Origin: Bryobacteraceae bacterium
GTDB taxonomy: Bacteria > Acidobacteriota > Terriglobia > Bryobacterales > Bryobacteraceae
NCBI GenBank assembly: GCA_052148435.1
Contig: JBKQIF010000055.1
Location: 3,309-67,308 of the forward strand
Direction of reading: 5' to 3'
DNA: 64,000 nt
The notes under the pieces: model-generated
What the model saw: the letters and a program-made list of their open reading frames with translations, nothing else
What the model was told of the DNA's origin: nothing
Database searches by the model: none
Made by a program: the position numbers and the translations under genes
Shown: positions 11,145 to 22,516 of the stretch, in pieces
Numbering within the stretch: position 1 is the first letter of the stretch
Layout of the letters: every line of letters begins with the position of its first letter

Positions 11145-11710
11145 TGAAGATCCCGATCAATCTCGCCAGCCAGCCGTTCCGCCGCGACCGGGCCATGTTT
11201 CTGGCCTCGTTCGGCGTGTCGTTGCTGCTGGCGGCGACGCTCGGCGCGCTGCTCTACCTGGCGCGCGCCGACCGCGCCGAACGCGCCGAATTGAGCCGCG
11301 AGGTCGATCGTCTGCGCGCGCAGGTTAGTGCCGCCTCGGCCGATCAGTCCCGCCTGGACAGCGTTCTCCGCCAGCCCGTCAACGCCCAGGTGGTCGAGCG
11401 CAGCGTCTTCCTGAACGACCTCATTTATCACAAATCCGTCAGTTGGAGCCGCTTGTTCAGCGACCTCGAACAGACCGTGCCGGGCAGCGTACAGATCCTC
11501 TCGCTCCACCCGACGGTGGACAACGAAAACCAGGTCACGCTGGACATGACCGTGGGAGCGCAGTCTCCGCTGGCGCTGATCGAGCTGCTCAAGGCGCTCG
11601 AAGAATCCCCGCGCTTCGGAAAGGTCTACAACCACTCCATGCTGCCGCCGACCCAGGCCGAACCGCTCAACCGCTGCCGCATCACGGTGAATTATGCCCA
11701 GAAGCTTTAA
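11145..11710 (+). CDS. PilN-like pilus assembly protein (bitopic)
   Basis: MKIPINLASQPFRRDRAMFLASFGVSLLLAATLGALLYL is the canonical PilN N-terminus (INLL..PFRR followed by one TM). The upstream 88 nt of the track ORF is a translated REP repeat and was trimmed. Confidence 0.65.
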
Positions 11711-12293
11711 GTTGGCCGGGCTGGGGCTGGCGTGGAACGACCCGCGCCTCGCCATGCGCGTGCTCATCGGCATCCTGTTGGCCGCCAACCTGTGGGCCGC
11801 GGTGGAGGCTTTCCGGCCTTTCGGCGGGTCGGTGGAAGACCTGGAGCGGCGGCGCGCCGAACTGAGCCGGCAACAGATCGATCTCGATGCCCGAGTGGCG
11901 CTTTCCCGGAAACTGACCGAGAAAACCCAGTCCGCCCGCCAGGAAGGCGACCGTTTCATCGAAAAATATTTCATCGATGCGCGCACCTCGGCATCCGACA
12001 TTACCGAAGCCCTGTATCAGGCGGCTACCGAGGCCGGCGTGCAAGTTCTTCCCACCAGCTACGACCTGCAGTCGCTGGAGGGTTCCGACTCGCTGCAGAT
12101 GTTGACCGTGACGGCGGGCTACGAAGGCAGTTACCAGAATCTCACCAAGCTCATCAACCTGCTCGACAAGTCGCGCCGGCTATTCATTATCGAGAGCATG
12201 CAGACGGCCGCGCCCCAGCAGAACGGGCAGAAGCTCACCATCCAGTTGAAGATCGACGCCTTCATCCGGGGAGCCGCGGAGGGGACGCTGTGA
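11694..12293 (+). CDS. PilO-like pilus assembly protein
   Basis: One N-terminal TM (VLIGILLAANLWAAV), a coiled-coil segment, then an alpha/beta C-terminus. Overlaps the pilN-like 3' end by 17 nt. The position matches the pilMNOP order. Confidence 0.55.
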   Translation: MPRSFKLAGLGLAWNDPRLAMRVLIGILLAANLWAAVEAFRPFGGSVEDLERRRAELSRQQIDLDARVALSRKLTEKTQSARQEGDRFIEKYFIDARTSASDITEALYQAATEAGVQVLPTSYDLQSLEGSDSLQMLTVTAGYEGSYQNLTKLINLLDKSRRLFIIESMQTAAPQQNGQKLTIQLKIDAFIRGAAEGTL

Positions 12294-13027
12294 AACTGGG
12301 CATCGAAAACAAAAAGGGCGTGTGGGCGCTGAGTGTGCTGACGCTGGGCCTCGGCTACGCCTTTTACGACAACGTGATCGACACCGGCCCGTCCACTTCC
12401 GCGGTTACGCGCACCGCACCGCCGCCGGCTGCCGCACCACTGGCAGCGCCGCCCGCGGTGGCGTCCCCCGCGGCGTCTTCGGTTTCCGCCACCGATTCGG
12501 CCGCGCCCGCACCATCGCGCGGCAATCGCAACCGATCCGGCGAGTTCCATCCGATCGTGCACGCCAAGAGGCCCGAAGACCGCATGGATACCGCCAATGT
12601 GGACCCCACTTTGCAGCTCGACCTGCTGGCGAAGCTCCAGGGCGTCCCGGCCGCCGGCGACGGGCGCAATCTGTTTGCGATCGGCGCGGAGACCGCGAAA
12701 CTGCCTGGAGGGCCCGAACCCAAGGTCGTTATACAGCGCCCGAAGATCATCGGGCCGCCGCCACCGCCACCGCCGCCCGGGCCAGCGCCTCCCGAGCCGC
12801 TGCCGCCCATCAACTTTAAGTACTATGGCTTCTCCACGGTGCGCAAAGACGGCCGGAAGGCGGCGTTCTTCCTGGCAAACGACGTTATCCTGATCAAATC
12901 CGAAGGCGACATAGTGGCCGGCAGCTACAAGCTGATCCGCATCGACCGGGCCACCGCCGTGGTGGAAGATATCAAGTCCAAGCGTCAGCAGACGGTTGTG
13001 CTGGCCGAGGAGGCGCAGCAAGGCTGA
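12290..13027 (+). CDS. Proline-rich PilP/GspC-like protein
   Basis: GTG start overlaps the upstream stop (GTGA). N-terminal TM WALSVLTLGLGYAFY, a PPPPPPPPGPAPPEPLPP linker, and a C-terminal beta-rich module FKYYGFSTVRKDGRKAAFFLANDVILIKSEGDIVAGSYKLIRIDRATAVV resembling PilP/GspC HR domains. Confidence 0.5.
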   Translation: MKLGIENKKGVWALSVLTLGLGYAFYDNVIDTGPSTSAVTRTAPPPAAAPLAAPPAVASPAASSVSATDSAAPAPSRGNRNRSGEFHPIVHAKRPEDRMDTANVDPTLQLDLLAKLQGVPAAGDGRNLFAIGAETAKLPGGPEPKVVIQRPKIIGPPPPPPPPGPAPPEPLPPINFKYYGFSTVRKDGRKAAFFLANDVILIKSEGDIVAGSYKLIRIDRATAVVEDIKSKRQQTVVLAEEAQQG

Positions 13028-13028
13028 A

Positions 13029-14765
13029 ATGCTACTAACGCGGAACCGGTCCTGGAAAACCAGGTGGGACAGACGATCGTTTTTGGCCGCCCGTCACGAG
13101 GTTGTGGCGGGGCGAGGACTGACAGACCACGAAAAACGATGGTCTGTCCCACCTCTGCCGTCCGTCAGACGACGGAAAGCGGCCGTCCGTCCGACCAAGA
13201 AGGGGGAAGAAGGCGGCTACGCGCTGCTGTTTGTGCTGCTGATGGCAGCGGTGATCGCCATCTCGCTCTACAAACAGTTGCCGCGGGTGGCATTCGACAC
13301 GCAGCGGCAGAAGGAGCAGATGCTGATCGAGCGCGGCGGGCAGTACAAACGCGCCATCCAGATCTTTCTCCGCACCAACAACAGCACGCGCTGGCCCGCC
13401 ACCATCGACGAGCTGGAAAGCTTCAACGGCAAGCGCTACCTGCGGCACCGCTACAAAGACCCGATGACGGGCAAGGACGTATGGCGCCTGGTGCATATCG
13501 CCAACGGCATACTCACCGATTCGGTCCTGACCAGGCCCAAGCAGACGACCGATCAGACCAACGCCACGGATCAGAGGCAGTACCTGACCCAACTGGCCAG
13601 TATCGGCAGCCAGGCCAATCAGGATAACGGGCAGCAAAACACCAGTGCGACGAACCGCCGGCGCGCCAGCGAGGGCGGCGCGCAGCTTGGTCCCGACGGA
13701 CAGCCGATTCCACCCACCGGCACGCAGCCCGGAGGCCCAGGCGTGCCCGGCGCTCCCACGGATCCGAATGCGCCCGGGAATTCGAATACCACGGCCAACG
13801 GCTCGCCGTTTCCCCCCGGCATACCTGGGGGCATGCCTGGTATGCCGGGCCTTCCCGGGCAGATACCCGGCGGCCAGGCCGGCGGCGGCTTCCAGAGCGG
13901 CACGGCGTCCGGGACCTCGTCCGGCAATTCTTCCAGTTCAAACAGCAGCTCCGGATCGGGTTACATGAGCGCGCTGCCCAGCATGGGCTCCGGTTCCTCG
14001 TCATCCACCGGGGGCAGCGCGGGAGCACCGGTAAATTCGCAGGTTGGCGGCGTATCTCCCAACTCCATGGCGTCCGGCGCGAGCGGCAATGCACCGGGCT
14101 ATGGCCAGCCGGGAATGAGCATCTCGCCACAATCCCAATCGGCGGCGGCCGGGCTGATCGGCGGCTTGCTGACGCAACCGCGGCCGGGCGGCTTGTCGGG
14201 TCTTTCCGGACAAGCGCAGGGCCAGGTAATTGGCGGAGGCATCGCCGGCGTGGCCAGCAAGGTCAAGGGCTTGAGCATCATGGTGTACGGCGACCGCACG
14301 GATTACTCGGAGTGGGAATTCAATTGGGATCCGACCAAGTGGGCGCCGCCGCCCAATCCTAACCAGAGCACGGTCGGCACGCCCATGTCGCAGGTGGCCT
14401 CGACCGCCGGATCGGGAGCCACGGCCAACACGACAACGTCCAACAGTTTCTCGGCCAACGGGGCGACGCCCAACGGATCGGCTTTCGGCGCAGGCAACGG
14501 AACAGGGACGACCAGCGGCTTTGGGAACGGCAGCTTTTCGAGCGGCACGACGACGAGCGGCTCTGGGAACGGCGGCTTTTCGAGCGGCACGACGACCAGC
14601 GGCTCTGGGAACGGCGGCTTTTCGAGCGGCGGCTCTTTCAATGGCACGACGACCAATGGCACGACGGCGGGTGGGACCACCCCTGGCGGCACTGGATCTC
14701 AAACCTCGATGAGCGGTTTCGGCGCGGGCGGTTTGCCGCCGAGTATCCGTCCCGGGGCGCCGTAA
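13029..14765 (+). CDS. Pseudopilin/GspK-like membrane-anchored protein with a ~400-aa G/S/T/N/P-rich low-complexity tail; start uncertain
   Basis: Hydrophobic segment GGYALLFVLLMAAVIAISLY followed by ...RYLRHRYKDPMTGKDVWRLVHI (pseudopilin-like DPxxG motif). The rest is low complexity. The first ~55 codons are REP family C repeats; alternative in-frame starts are GTG 13104 and TTG ~13083. Confidence 0.45.
   Translation: MLLTRNRSWKTRWDRRSFLAARHEVVAGRGLTDHEKRWSVPPLPSVRRRKAAVRPTKKGEEGGYALLFVLLMAAVIAISLYKQLPRVAFDTQRQKEQMLIERGGQYKRAIQIFLRTNNSTRWPATIDELESFNGKRYLRHRYKDPMTGKDVWRLVHIANGILTDSVLTRPKQTTDQTNATDQRQYLTQLASIGSQANQDNGQQNTSATNRRRASEGGAQLGPDGQPIPPTGTQPGGPGVPGAPTDPNAPGNSNTTANGSPFPPGIPGGMPGMPGLPGQIPGGQAGGGFQSGTASGTSSGNSSSSNSSSGSGYMSALPSMGSGSSSSTGGSAGAPVNSQVGGVSPNSMASGASGNAPGYGQPGMSISPQSQSAAAGLIGGLLTQPRPGGLSGLSGQAQGQVIGGGIAGVASKVKGLSIMVYGDRTDYSEWEFNWDPTKWAPPPNPNQSTVGTPMSQVASTAGSGATANTTTSNSFSANGATPNGSAFGAGNGTGTTSGFGNGSFSSGTTTSGSGNGGFSSGTTTSGSGNGGFSSGGSFNGTTTNGTTAGGTTPGGTGSQTSMSGFGAGGLPPSIRPGAP
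13063..13195. repeat. Cluster of REP family C units (GGTGGGACRGACGATCG...CGTCGTCTGTC)
   Basis: GGTGGGACAGACGATCGTTTTTGG (13063-13086) pairs with the inverted CCACGAAAAACGATGGTCTGTCCCACC (13127-13153). A third unit is GTCAGACGACGGAAAGCGGCCGTCCGTCCGACC. Related copies lie at 39080-39112 and 40887-40919. Confidence 0.7.
14523..14636 (+). repeat. 42-bp in-frame tandem repeat, about 2.7 copies, encoding GNGGFSSGTTTSGS
   Basis: GGGAACGGC(A/G)GCTTTTCGAGCGGCACGACGAC(G/C)AGCGGCTCT occurs at 14523-14564 and 14565-14606, with a partial copy at 14607-14636. Confidence 0.85.
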
Positions 14766-14783
14766 CGTGTCCCGTAGCGGCGC

Positions 14784-16982
14784 TTATGCTTTCGACGATT
14801 TGACGACGTAGTAGGGCTGGCCGGCGAGATCGGACGGGAAACCGGGGTACAGCCAGGCGCGATCGGGGGCCGATTTCAGCTCGAAGTAGTATTGGAGCGG
14901 ATACGGCGAGTCCGTGTAGGCGCCAGGGATGGCGGCGACGTAGGCAGGGCCCTTGCGGTCCATGGCGGCGTACTGCCAACGCTCGGCCTGGTTCACGCGG
15001 CGGTAGTAGAGGCGCGAGGTGGCGAGCACCGGTCCCGCCAATTCAAGCACCAGCGGCTGGTTGCGCTGGAAATTGCCGGGCGGGCTATGGCGCATAGCGG
15101 CGGAAGGGCGCTGCGGGCGGCCGGTGGCCGCGGCGATGGCGGCCTTCACCTTCGGATTGGCGGTGGTCCGGGCGGAGGCGAGGCGCTTCTCCAGCAGGGC
15201 GATGTCGTCATCGATGGCAGGGAGGCGGTCGAGCCAATGGCCGCGGAGCCAGGGGAGCTCGCCGACGGTGATGTCCGGAAGGTAGACCCCCTTGGCGCGA
15301 TTGGCCAAACCGGCCCAGGCGGCGCGCGCGGCGCGGTAGCACTGGAGCGCCGCTTCGATGGCGGCGCGGTCGCTGGTACGCTCGTAAATCGCATACAGAA
15401 CGCCGGCGCGGAATTTGGCGGCGAAAAACCTGCCCAAGCCGGCCTGAATGGCAACATCGATGTCGATGCGGCGGGTCTTGACCGGTTGCGCGGCGCCGGC
15501 CAGATCTTCCAGCCACTGCGCGACCTCGATGGGCGAATACTTGCCGCTGCGGTCGCCTTGGAGCAACTCGCCGGCGAAGTCGTCGATGCGGGAGAAGAGC
15601 TGTGGGTCGAGCGGGCTGGTATTGCCGAAGGTTTTTGGCGTTGGGGTGTCGGTATACTCGGTTTTCGACGGCTCCACGAGCGACTGGTTGGTATAGATCT
15701 CGGGCCAGTAGTTATTGTTCGCGGCCGATGGCAGGTGCGCGGTAGTGACGATCGGCAGAATGCGGCTGGCGGCGGCGAGGGCGGGATCGACTTCGGCATT
15801 GGCGTCCGGGTTGTAGAGCTTCCGGCCCCAGACGCGGTAGGTATCGAGGTACTTCTCCCAATCCCAGCGCGGGCGCAGGGAACGGTCGGCGTAAGCGCAG
15901 CGTCCGCCCGGCCCACCCGACACCGCGCCCGACCCGCGCCGCCCCTTGAAGGAGAGCGGCTCCATGATCTCGACGCCGCTCGATCCGCAGAACCCGAACG
16001 CGCGCGCGTAGGCCGCGGCAAAGACCGGGTCGGCCCACAGCAGCAGGCGCTGGGCGCCGGGCCAGACGCGCCAGAGGATATCGAAGCGGCGGTCTTCGCG
16101 CATCAGGTCGGCGTAGCCGTAGCGGGTAAAACTGCGGGAGCCGGCGCTCAGCGCCATGAGGCCGCTGTCGCGGTGGCCGGTCTGGGGCACTTCCTGGCCG
16201 CGGATATCGGCCTGGTGGTACGGCATTCCCATGTGCTCGGCCCAGTACTTGGGCGAGACCTTGACGGGCAGGCCGGTGGCCAGCGCGAGATCGATCATGC
16301 CCTGGTCGATGCCCTTGGCATGCAGGTCGATTTCGACCTTGCGGCCGCAGCGCTTCACGCCGTCGAAGACCGCGGTCCAGAACGGGTAGCTGCCGTCGGC
16401 GACACCGCTTTCGCCGTGGACGCGGAAGGTGACGCCGGTGATGGCGGGGCAGGCGCGGAGAAGAGCGGCCAGCGCGTCGCGGCAATACGGGCCGTGATTT
16501 TCGGCGTTGAGTCCCTGGATGGTGTAGTTCGGATTGGGGCTGTTCTCCCACTGGTAGCCGTGCATCCAGAGGCCCAACTGGAATTCGAGGCCGTGGGCGG
16601 CGGTCTCGCCGCCGATGAAGCGAAGGGTTTCCAGATTGCGGTCGCGCTCGGTGTCCGGCAGGTTCACGGCGCGGACGTTATAGCCGGGGAGGGAAAGGAA
16701 GAAGGGGTAGGCGAAGAGGAAGTAGGCGTCGGTAACGCCGGTGAGAAAATCGTAGCCGATGCCGAAGCTGAGGTTAAAGCGGCTGAAGCGGTTCTCCGCA
16801 AGCATGGCGAGGTAACGGGGCCACATCTCGCGGTCGTAAAACCAGGGCTTGTCTTCGACCTCGCTGGTGAAGAGGCGCTGGACGCTGCGGACGGCGTTGG
16901 CAGGCCGTTCCGCGGCAGATTGCGGCAGGGCGGGCGCGCCGGCCAGCGCGCCGGCGGCGAGGAGGAAGTTGCGCCGGTTCAC
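14784..16982 (-). CDS. Tat-signal exported protein of unknown function (possible TIM-barrel glycoside hydrolase-like)
   Basis: With the GTG start at 16982 the N-terminus reads MNRRNFLLAAGALAGAPALPQSAA, a twin-arginine signal. The long, non-repetitive sequence has realistic composition, whereas the opposite-strand 750-aa ORF is Gly/Arg/Ala shadow. The function call is weak. Confidence 0.6.
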   Translation of the reverse strand: MNRRNFLLAAGALAGAPALPQSAAERPANAVRSVQRLFTSEVEDKPWFYDREMWPRYLAMLAENRFSRFNLSFGIGYDFLTGVTDAYFLFAYPFFLSLPGYNVRAVNLPDTERDRNLETLRFIGGETAAHGLEFQLGLWMHGYQWENSPNPNYTIQGLNAENHGPYCRDALAALLRACPAITGVTFRVHGESGVADGSYPFWTAVFDGVKRCGRKVEIDLHAKGIDQGMIDLALATGLPVKVSPKYWAEHMGMPYHQADIRGQEVPQTGHRDSGLMALSAGSRSFTRYGYADLMREDRRFDILWRVWPGAQRLLLWADPVFAAAYARAFGFCGSSGVEIMEPLSFKGRRGSGAVSGGPGGRCAYADRSLRPRWDWEKYLDTYRVWGRKLYNPDANAEVDPALAAASRILPIVTTAHLPSAANNNYWPEIYTNQSLVEPSKTEYTDTPTPKTFGNTSPLDPQLFSRIDDFAGELLQGDRSGKYSPIEVAQWLEDLAGAAQPVKTRRIDIDVAIQAGLGRFFAAKFRAGVLYAIYERTSDRAAIEAALQCYRAARAAWAGLANRAKGVYLPDITVGELPWLRGHWLDRLPAIDDDIALLEKRLASARTTANPKVKAAIAAATGRPQRPSAAMRHSPPGNFQRNQPLVLELAGPVLATSRLYYRRVNQAERWQYAAMDRKGPAYVAAIPGAYTDSPYPLQYYFELKSAPDRAWLYPGFPSDLAGQPYYVVKSSKA

Positions 16983-17149
16983 AACCAGATTGTACTGCTT
17001 CGATGGCCTGGACCTCCGCGCTCGCCGCGGACGCGGGCGAATCGAATCGAACGCGACACGGCCTGTAACATCCATGCAAAGAGCACTCGACGCACTGCCG
17101 GATCGATGGAGGGCCAATTAACCTGGCGGCGCCCGGCCTATTAAAGCCC

Positions 17150-18637
<1,488 letters not shown>

Positions 18638-18889
18638 AATCGTCGTCCGAAAGAATGCCGGACCCGCCAGTGTAGTCGTTTGGCAAGCAAGTAGCAATCC
18701 GGACCGGCAGTCCGCTTTGGCGTATTCGTGGATTTTTGCGGGTGCTTTCCAACCTCCCGCCAGCTAGTCCGAAAGAGTCGTGTCCGCAGTCGCACGCTGT
18801 AGCCGCGGGTTCACGGGATTGACCCTGACAAACGCAAGGTTCTAAAATAGGTTACTACCGAACGAGCCTGTTTCAGGAAGCGGTGCCGT

Positions 18890-20665
18890 ATGAACGCTAC
18901 TCGCCTTTCCATCGCGTGCCTCTCCACGTCCCTGCTTCTGGGCCTCGTGATTGCTCAGCAAAGCCAGCCAACGCAGCCGTCCAGTCCGCAAGCGCAGCCA
19001 GCCGATCAACCAACGCCGCCGGCTCAACCGGAGCAGCCGCCCGATTCAGCCCTGCCGAAAAAGAAGGGCAAGACCCTGGGCCTGCCTCCGGGCAGCGAGA
19101 CCATTGCCAAGCCGATTTCAGAGCGCGAGAAGAAAAAACGGGCCGAAAGGCTGAAAGGCGAATTGGAGACGCCTTACCGTAAGTGGCTGAACGAAGACGT
19201 GGCCTACATCATCACCGACGAGGAACGGGCGGCGTTCAAGCAACTGCAATCCGACGACCAGCGCGAGCAGTTCATCGAGAATTTCTGGCTGCGGCGCGAC
19301 CCCACGCCGGATACGATAGAAAACGAGTTCAAGGAAGAGCACTACCGCCGCATTGCGTACGCCAACGACAACTACGCATCGGGAATTCCGGGCTGGAAGA
19401 CCGACCGAGGGCGCATCTATATTACTTACGGGCCGCCGGACGAAATCGAGGACCATTCCTCGGGCGGATTCTACGAGCGGCCTCCGGAAGAGGGTGGCGG
19501 CGAGACTTCCACCTACCCCTTCCAGCAATGGCGCTATCGCTATATTGAAGGCGTCGGCAGCAACATCATCATCGAGTTCGTCGACCCGACCATGTCGGGC
19601 GAGTTCCACATGACCATGGACCCGTCGGAAAAGGACGCCCTGCTGTACGTTCCCGGAGCCGGTTTGACCATGATGGAGCAGTTGGGGCTTTCGGACAAAA
19701 CGGCGCGATTCAACAACACCGACGGCACCCACCTGGGCCAGGCATTCGGCGGCACGCCGGAGAGCATGAACGAGTTCACTCGCCTCGAAACCTTCGCCAA
19801 GCTCCAGGGAGCGCCGCAAGTGAAATTCAAGGATCTGGAAGCCGAGATCACCTCGAAGATTTCCTACAATGTCCTACCGATGAAGGTACGCCTGGATTAT
19901 TTCCCGGTCACCGACGCCACGGTGATGACCCACGTGACGGTGCAGTTCAGTAATAAGGATCTGCAATTCATCTCCAAGGAAGGAATGCAGCGCGCGACCG
20001 TCAACATCTACGGCCGGATCAGCACCTTGACGCGGCGCGTCGTTTCCACATTCGAAGAGACGCTCACCGTCGACAGCCCCAAGGAATTCCTCGACCAATA
20101 CGCGCTACAGAAACGTATCTACCAGAAAACGCTTCCCTTAATCCCGGGAACGTACCGTCTAAACATCGTCGCCAAAGACACGACGGCGGGCAACGTGGCC
20201 AATTACGAAACCGCCATCACGGTGCCGCGCCTGGATCCGGACAAGGCCAGCACCAGCAGCATCATTTTGGCGGATTTGATGTCGCGGGTGCCCATGAAGG
20301 ACATCGGCAACGGCATGTTCGTCATCGGCGATACCAAGGTGCGCCCGCGCATGGACGACACCTTCAAGCACGATGAGAAGATGGGAATCTACCTGAAGGT
20401 TTACAACCTGGGCCAGGATCAGAACACTCACAAGCCGGCCGGCCAGGTGCAATATGAACTGGTTCGCTCCGGGTCCAACGAAAAGCTGTTCGACTTCAGC
20501 GAGGATTTTTCCCAGGTGCAGGACGCTTCCTCGCAGCAAATGACCATCGAGAAGCTTCTGCCACTAGCCACTCTGCAGCCGGGGCAATACACGTTGCGGT
20601 TGCGGATCACCGACAAGAACCGCAACCAGGTGCTCACACCGTCCGCCCAGTTTACTGTAAACTAA
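18890..20665 (+). CDS. GWxTD domain-containing secreted protein
   Basis: Signal peptide MNATRLSIACLSTSLLLGLVIAQQ and a Pro/Gln-rich linker. Motifs FWLRRDPTP...EHYRRIAYANDNY...GWKTDRGRIYITYGPPDEIE define the GWxTD domain. Confidence 0.8.
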   Translation: MNATRLSIACLSTSLLLGLVIAQQSQPTQPSSPQAQPADQPTPPAQPEQPPDSALPKKKGKTLGLPPGSETIAKPISEREKKKRAERLKGELETPYRKWLNEDVAYIITDEERAAFKQLQSDDQREQFIENFWLRRDPTPDTIENEFKEEHYRRIAYANDNYASGIPGWKTDRGRIYITYGPPDEIEDHSSGGFYERPPEEGGGETSTYPFQQWRYRYIEGVGSNIIIEFVDPTMSGEFHMTMDPSEKDALLYVPGAGLTMMEQLGLSDKTARFNNTDGTHLGQAFGGTPESMNEFTRLETFAKLQGAPQVKFKDLEAEITSKISYNVLPMKVRLDYFPVTDATVMTHVTVQFSNKDLQFISKEGMQRATVNIYGRISTLTRRVVSTFEETLTVDSPKEFLDQYALQKRIYQKTLPLIPGTYRLNIVAKDTTAGNVANYETAITVPRLDPDKASTSSIILADLMSRVPMKDIGNGMFVIGDTKVRPRMDDTFKHDEKMGIYLKVYNLGQDQNTHKPAGQVQYELVRSGSNEKLFDFSEDFSQVQDASSQQMTIEKLLPLATLQPGQYTLRLRITDKNRNQVLTPSAQFTVN

Positions 20666-20710
20666 GGAGGGCTGAGCTGGCCGGCTGCCACGGGTTTTGA
20701 AGTTGAGATT

Positions 20711-22516
20711 GTGCTGAATTCGATGTCGCACAAATCGGTTACGATTCTGCTGGCAGGGTTAGTTTGTGCGTCGTTCGGCCCGGTTTCCCGCGCGGGCGGC
20801 CCGATCCATTTTTCGGGCGCCATCGCGGGCGTGGTACGGGATCTGGACGGCGTGCCGCGGATGGGCGCCAGCGTCACCCTTCTGAATCCGCAGGAGCGCT
20901 CCATCGGACGGGTGCGAACCGACGAACATGGGCGCTTTGAGCTGACCGGTCTGGCGCCGGCGCTGTATTCGGTTCGCGTCACGCTGGCCAGTTTCGACCC
21001 CGCCGTGCGCCGCAATCTACTGGTCCAGCCGGGTATGCGCAGCCTGCTCAACGTCAGCTTGAGCACGGTATTCAGTTCGATTCAACTGGCCGTTCCACCG
21101 CTCGAAAACGGGAACGTGATGAGCGAGGACTGGAAGTGGGTGCTGCGGACGGCTTCCGATGCCCGTCCCATCACGCGATTCACCGACAGTCCCGCGCCCT
21201 CTCAATCGACCCGTTCCACGGGTGAAGTGGTGTCGGAAACGCGTGGGGTGGTTCGCCTCTCCGCGGGTGACAGCGGCCTGCTGGCCGGAGTGGGCGACCA
21301 GGCCGACCTGGGCACCGCGTTCGCGCTTTCCACCATATTGAGCGAGACCAGTTCCATTCAGGTCAGCGGCAACCTCGGATACGGCTCGCAGACCGGCATT
21401 CCGGCGACTGCGCTGCGGGCCAGCTACAGCCGCGAGCTGGGCGGCGGGCAGCCGGAAGTGACGCTGACGCTGCGGCAGTTGTACATACCGGGCCGCACCA
21501 CCGCCGTTCCGGAATCGTCGGTGCCGATGTTGCGAACGGTTTCCGGTCAAATTCACGACAGCGTGACCATCGCCGATGCGGTAACGCTGGCCTACGGCAG
21601 CGGCGTGGATTCTATTTCCTTCCTCGGCAACGCGACCTATTACAGCCCGTTCGTGCAAATCCGCTACGCCATCGACCGCAACTCCAATTTCGCGGTGGCC
21701 TTTAGCTCCGGCAACGCCGCACCGGGCCTCGACGAGCGCGGGGGCGAGGCGGACACGGCATCCATCGGATCGGCCGACCTGGAACGCGATCTGGATTCGC
21801 TGTCCATGTTCCCGCGCCTTTCGGAGGTGAACGGCCATGCCAGGGTGCAGCGAGGCCAAGAGTACGAGATCGCCTACCAACGGCGCATGGGATCGCGCCG
21901 GATTCGCGCTTCGGCGTATCGCCAGGTAGTGAGCGACGCCGCCATCACCATGGTGGATCCGTCGGGCGCGTTCAGCGGCTCGGCCGACGTGCTGCCGGAG
22001 TTGTTCTCCAACAACTCGGTACTCAACGCCGGCAACTTTGCCATTAGCGGTTATGACCTGGCCGCCACCCAGGATCTGGGCAGCCATTTGAGCGCCACGG
22101 CGATTTATGGCTCCGATGGCGGGCTGACCGCAGTCAATCGTGGGATCGATAGCAACGATCCGGATGAGCTCCGCTCCATGATTCGCAGCGGGCGGCGCCA
22201 TGCCGCCACGGCGCGGGTGGCGGCGATCCTGCCCAGGATCGGTACGCGCCTGATCGCCAGCTATCAATGGAGCGGCGATCAACGCTGGGTGATGGCCGGC
22301 AACCTGTATAGCATGCTGGCGATCCGCACCCTGCCGGGCTTTAACGTGGAAATTCGCCAGCCGCTGCCCGGCTTCCATGGACGCGTCGAGGCCGTCGCCG
22401 ATTTGCGCAATCTGCTGGCGCAAGGCTATCTGCCCCTCATGATGAGCGGAGGGCAGCAGGTGTTGCTGGTAGACAGCCCGCGCAGTTTCCGCGGCGGTCT
22501 GGCTTTCACTTTCTGA
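20711..22516 (+). CDS. CarboxypepD_reg-like domain protein, probably an outer-membrane beta-barrel
   Basis: Signal peptide, then GAIAGVVRDLDGVPRMGASVTLLNPQERSIGRVRTDEHGRFELTGLAPALYSVRVTLASF (carboxypeptidase regulatory-like fold). C-terminal aromatic end ...GGLAFTF typical of OM barrels. GTG start; alternative ATG at 20723. Confidence 0.65.
   Translation: MLNSMSHKSVTILLAGLVCASFGPVSRAGGPIHFSGAIAGVVRDLDGVPRMGASVTLLNPQERSIGRVRTDEHGRFELTGLAPALYSVRVTLASFDPAVRRNLLVQPGMRSLLNVSLSTVFSSIQLAVPPLENGNVMSEDWKWVLRTASDARPITRFTDSPAPSQSTRSTGEVVSETRGVVRLSAGDSGLLAGVGDQADLGTAFALSTILSETSSIQVSGNLGYGSQTGIPATALRASYSRELGGGQPEVTLTLRQLYIPGRTTAVPESSVPMLRTVSGQIHDSVTIADAVTLAYGSGVDSISFLGNATYYSPFVQIRYAIDRNSNFAVAFSSGNAAPGLDERGGEADTASIGSADLERDLDSLSMFPRLSEVNGHARVQRGQEYEIAYQRRMGSRRIRASAYRQVVSDAAITMVDPSGAFSGSADVLPELFSNNSVLNAGNFAISGYDLAATQDLGSHLSATAIYGSDGGLTAVNRGIDSNDPDELRSMIRSGRRHAATARVAAILPRIGTRLIASYQWSGDQRWVMAGNLYSMLAIRTLPGFNVEIRQPLPGFHGRVEAVADLRNLLAQGYLPLMMSGGQQVLLVDSPRSFRGGLAFTF

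Noticed and set aside
12996-13028. ATG 12996 as the start of the GspK-like gene
   Set aside because: It would overlap the 3' end of the PilP-like gene by 32 nt. ATG 13029 lies 1 nt after that gene's stop and is the more parsimonious coupled start. The true start remains uncertain.
14892-17144. 750-aa plus-strand ORF opposite the Tat-signal protein gene
   Set aside because: Gly/Ala/Arg/Val-rich shadow with no motifs. The minus-strand frame has a Tat signal and balanced composition.
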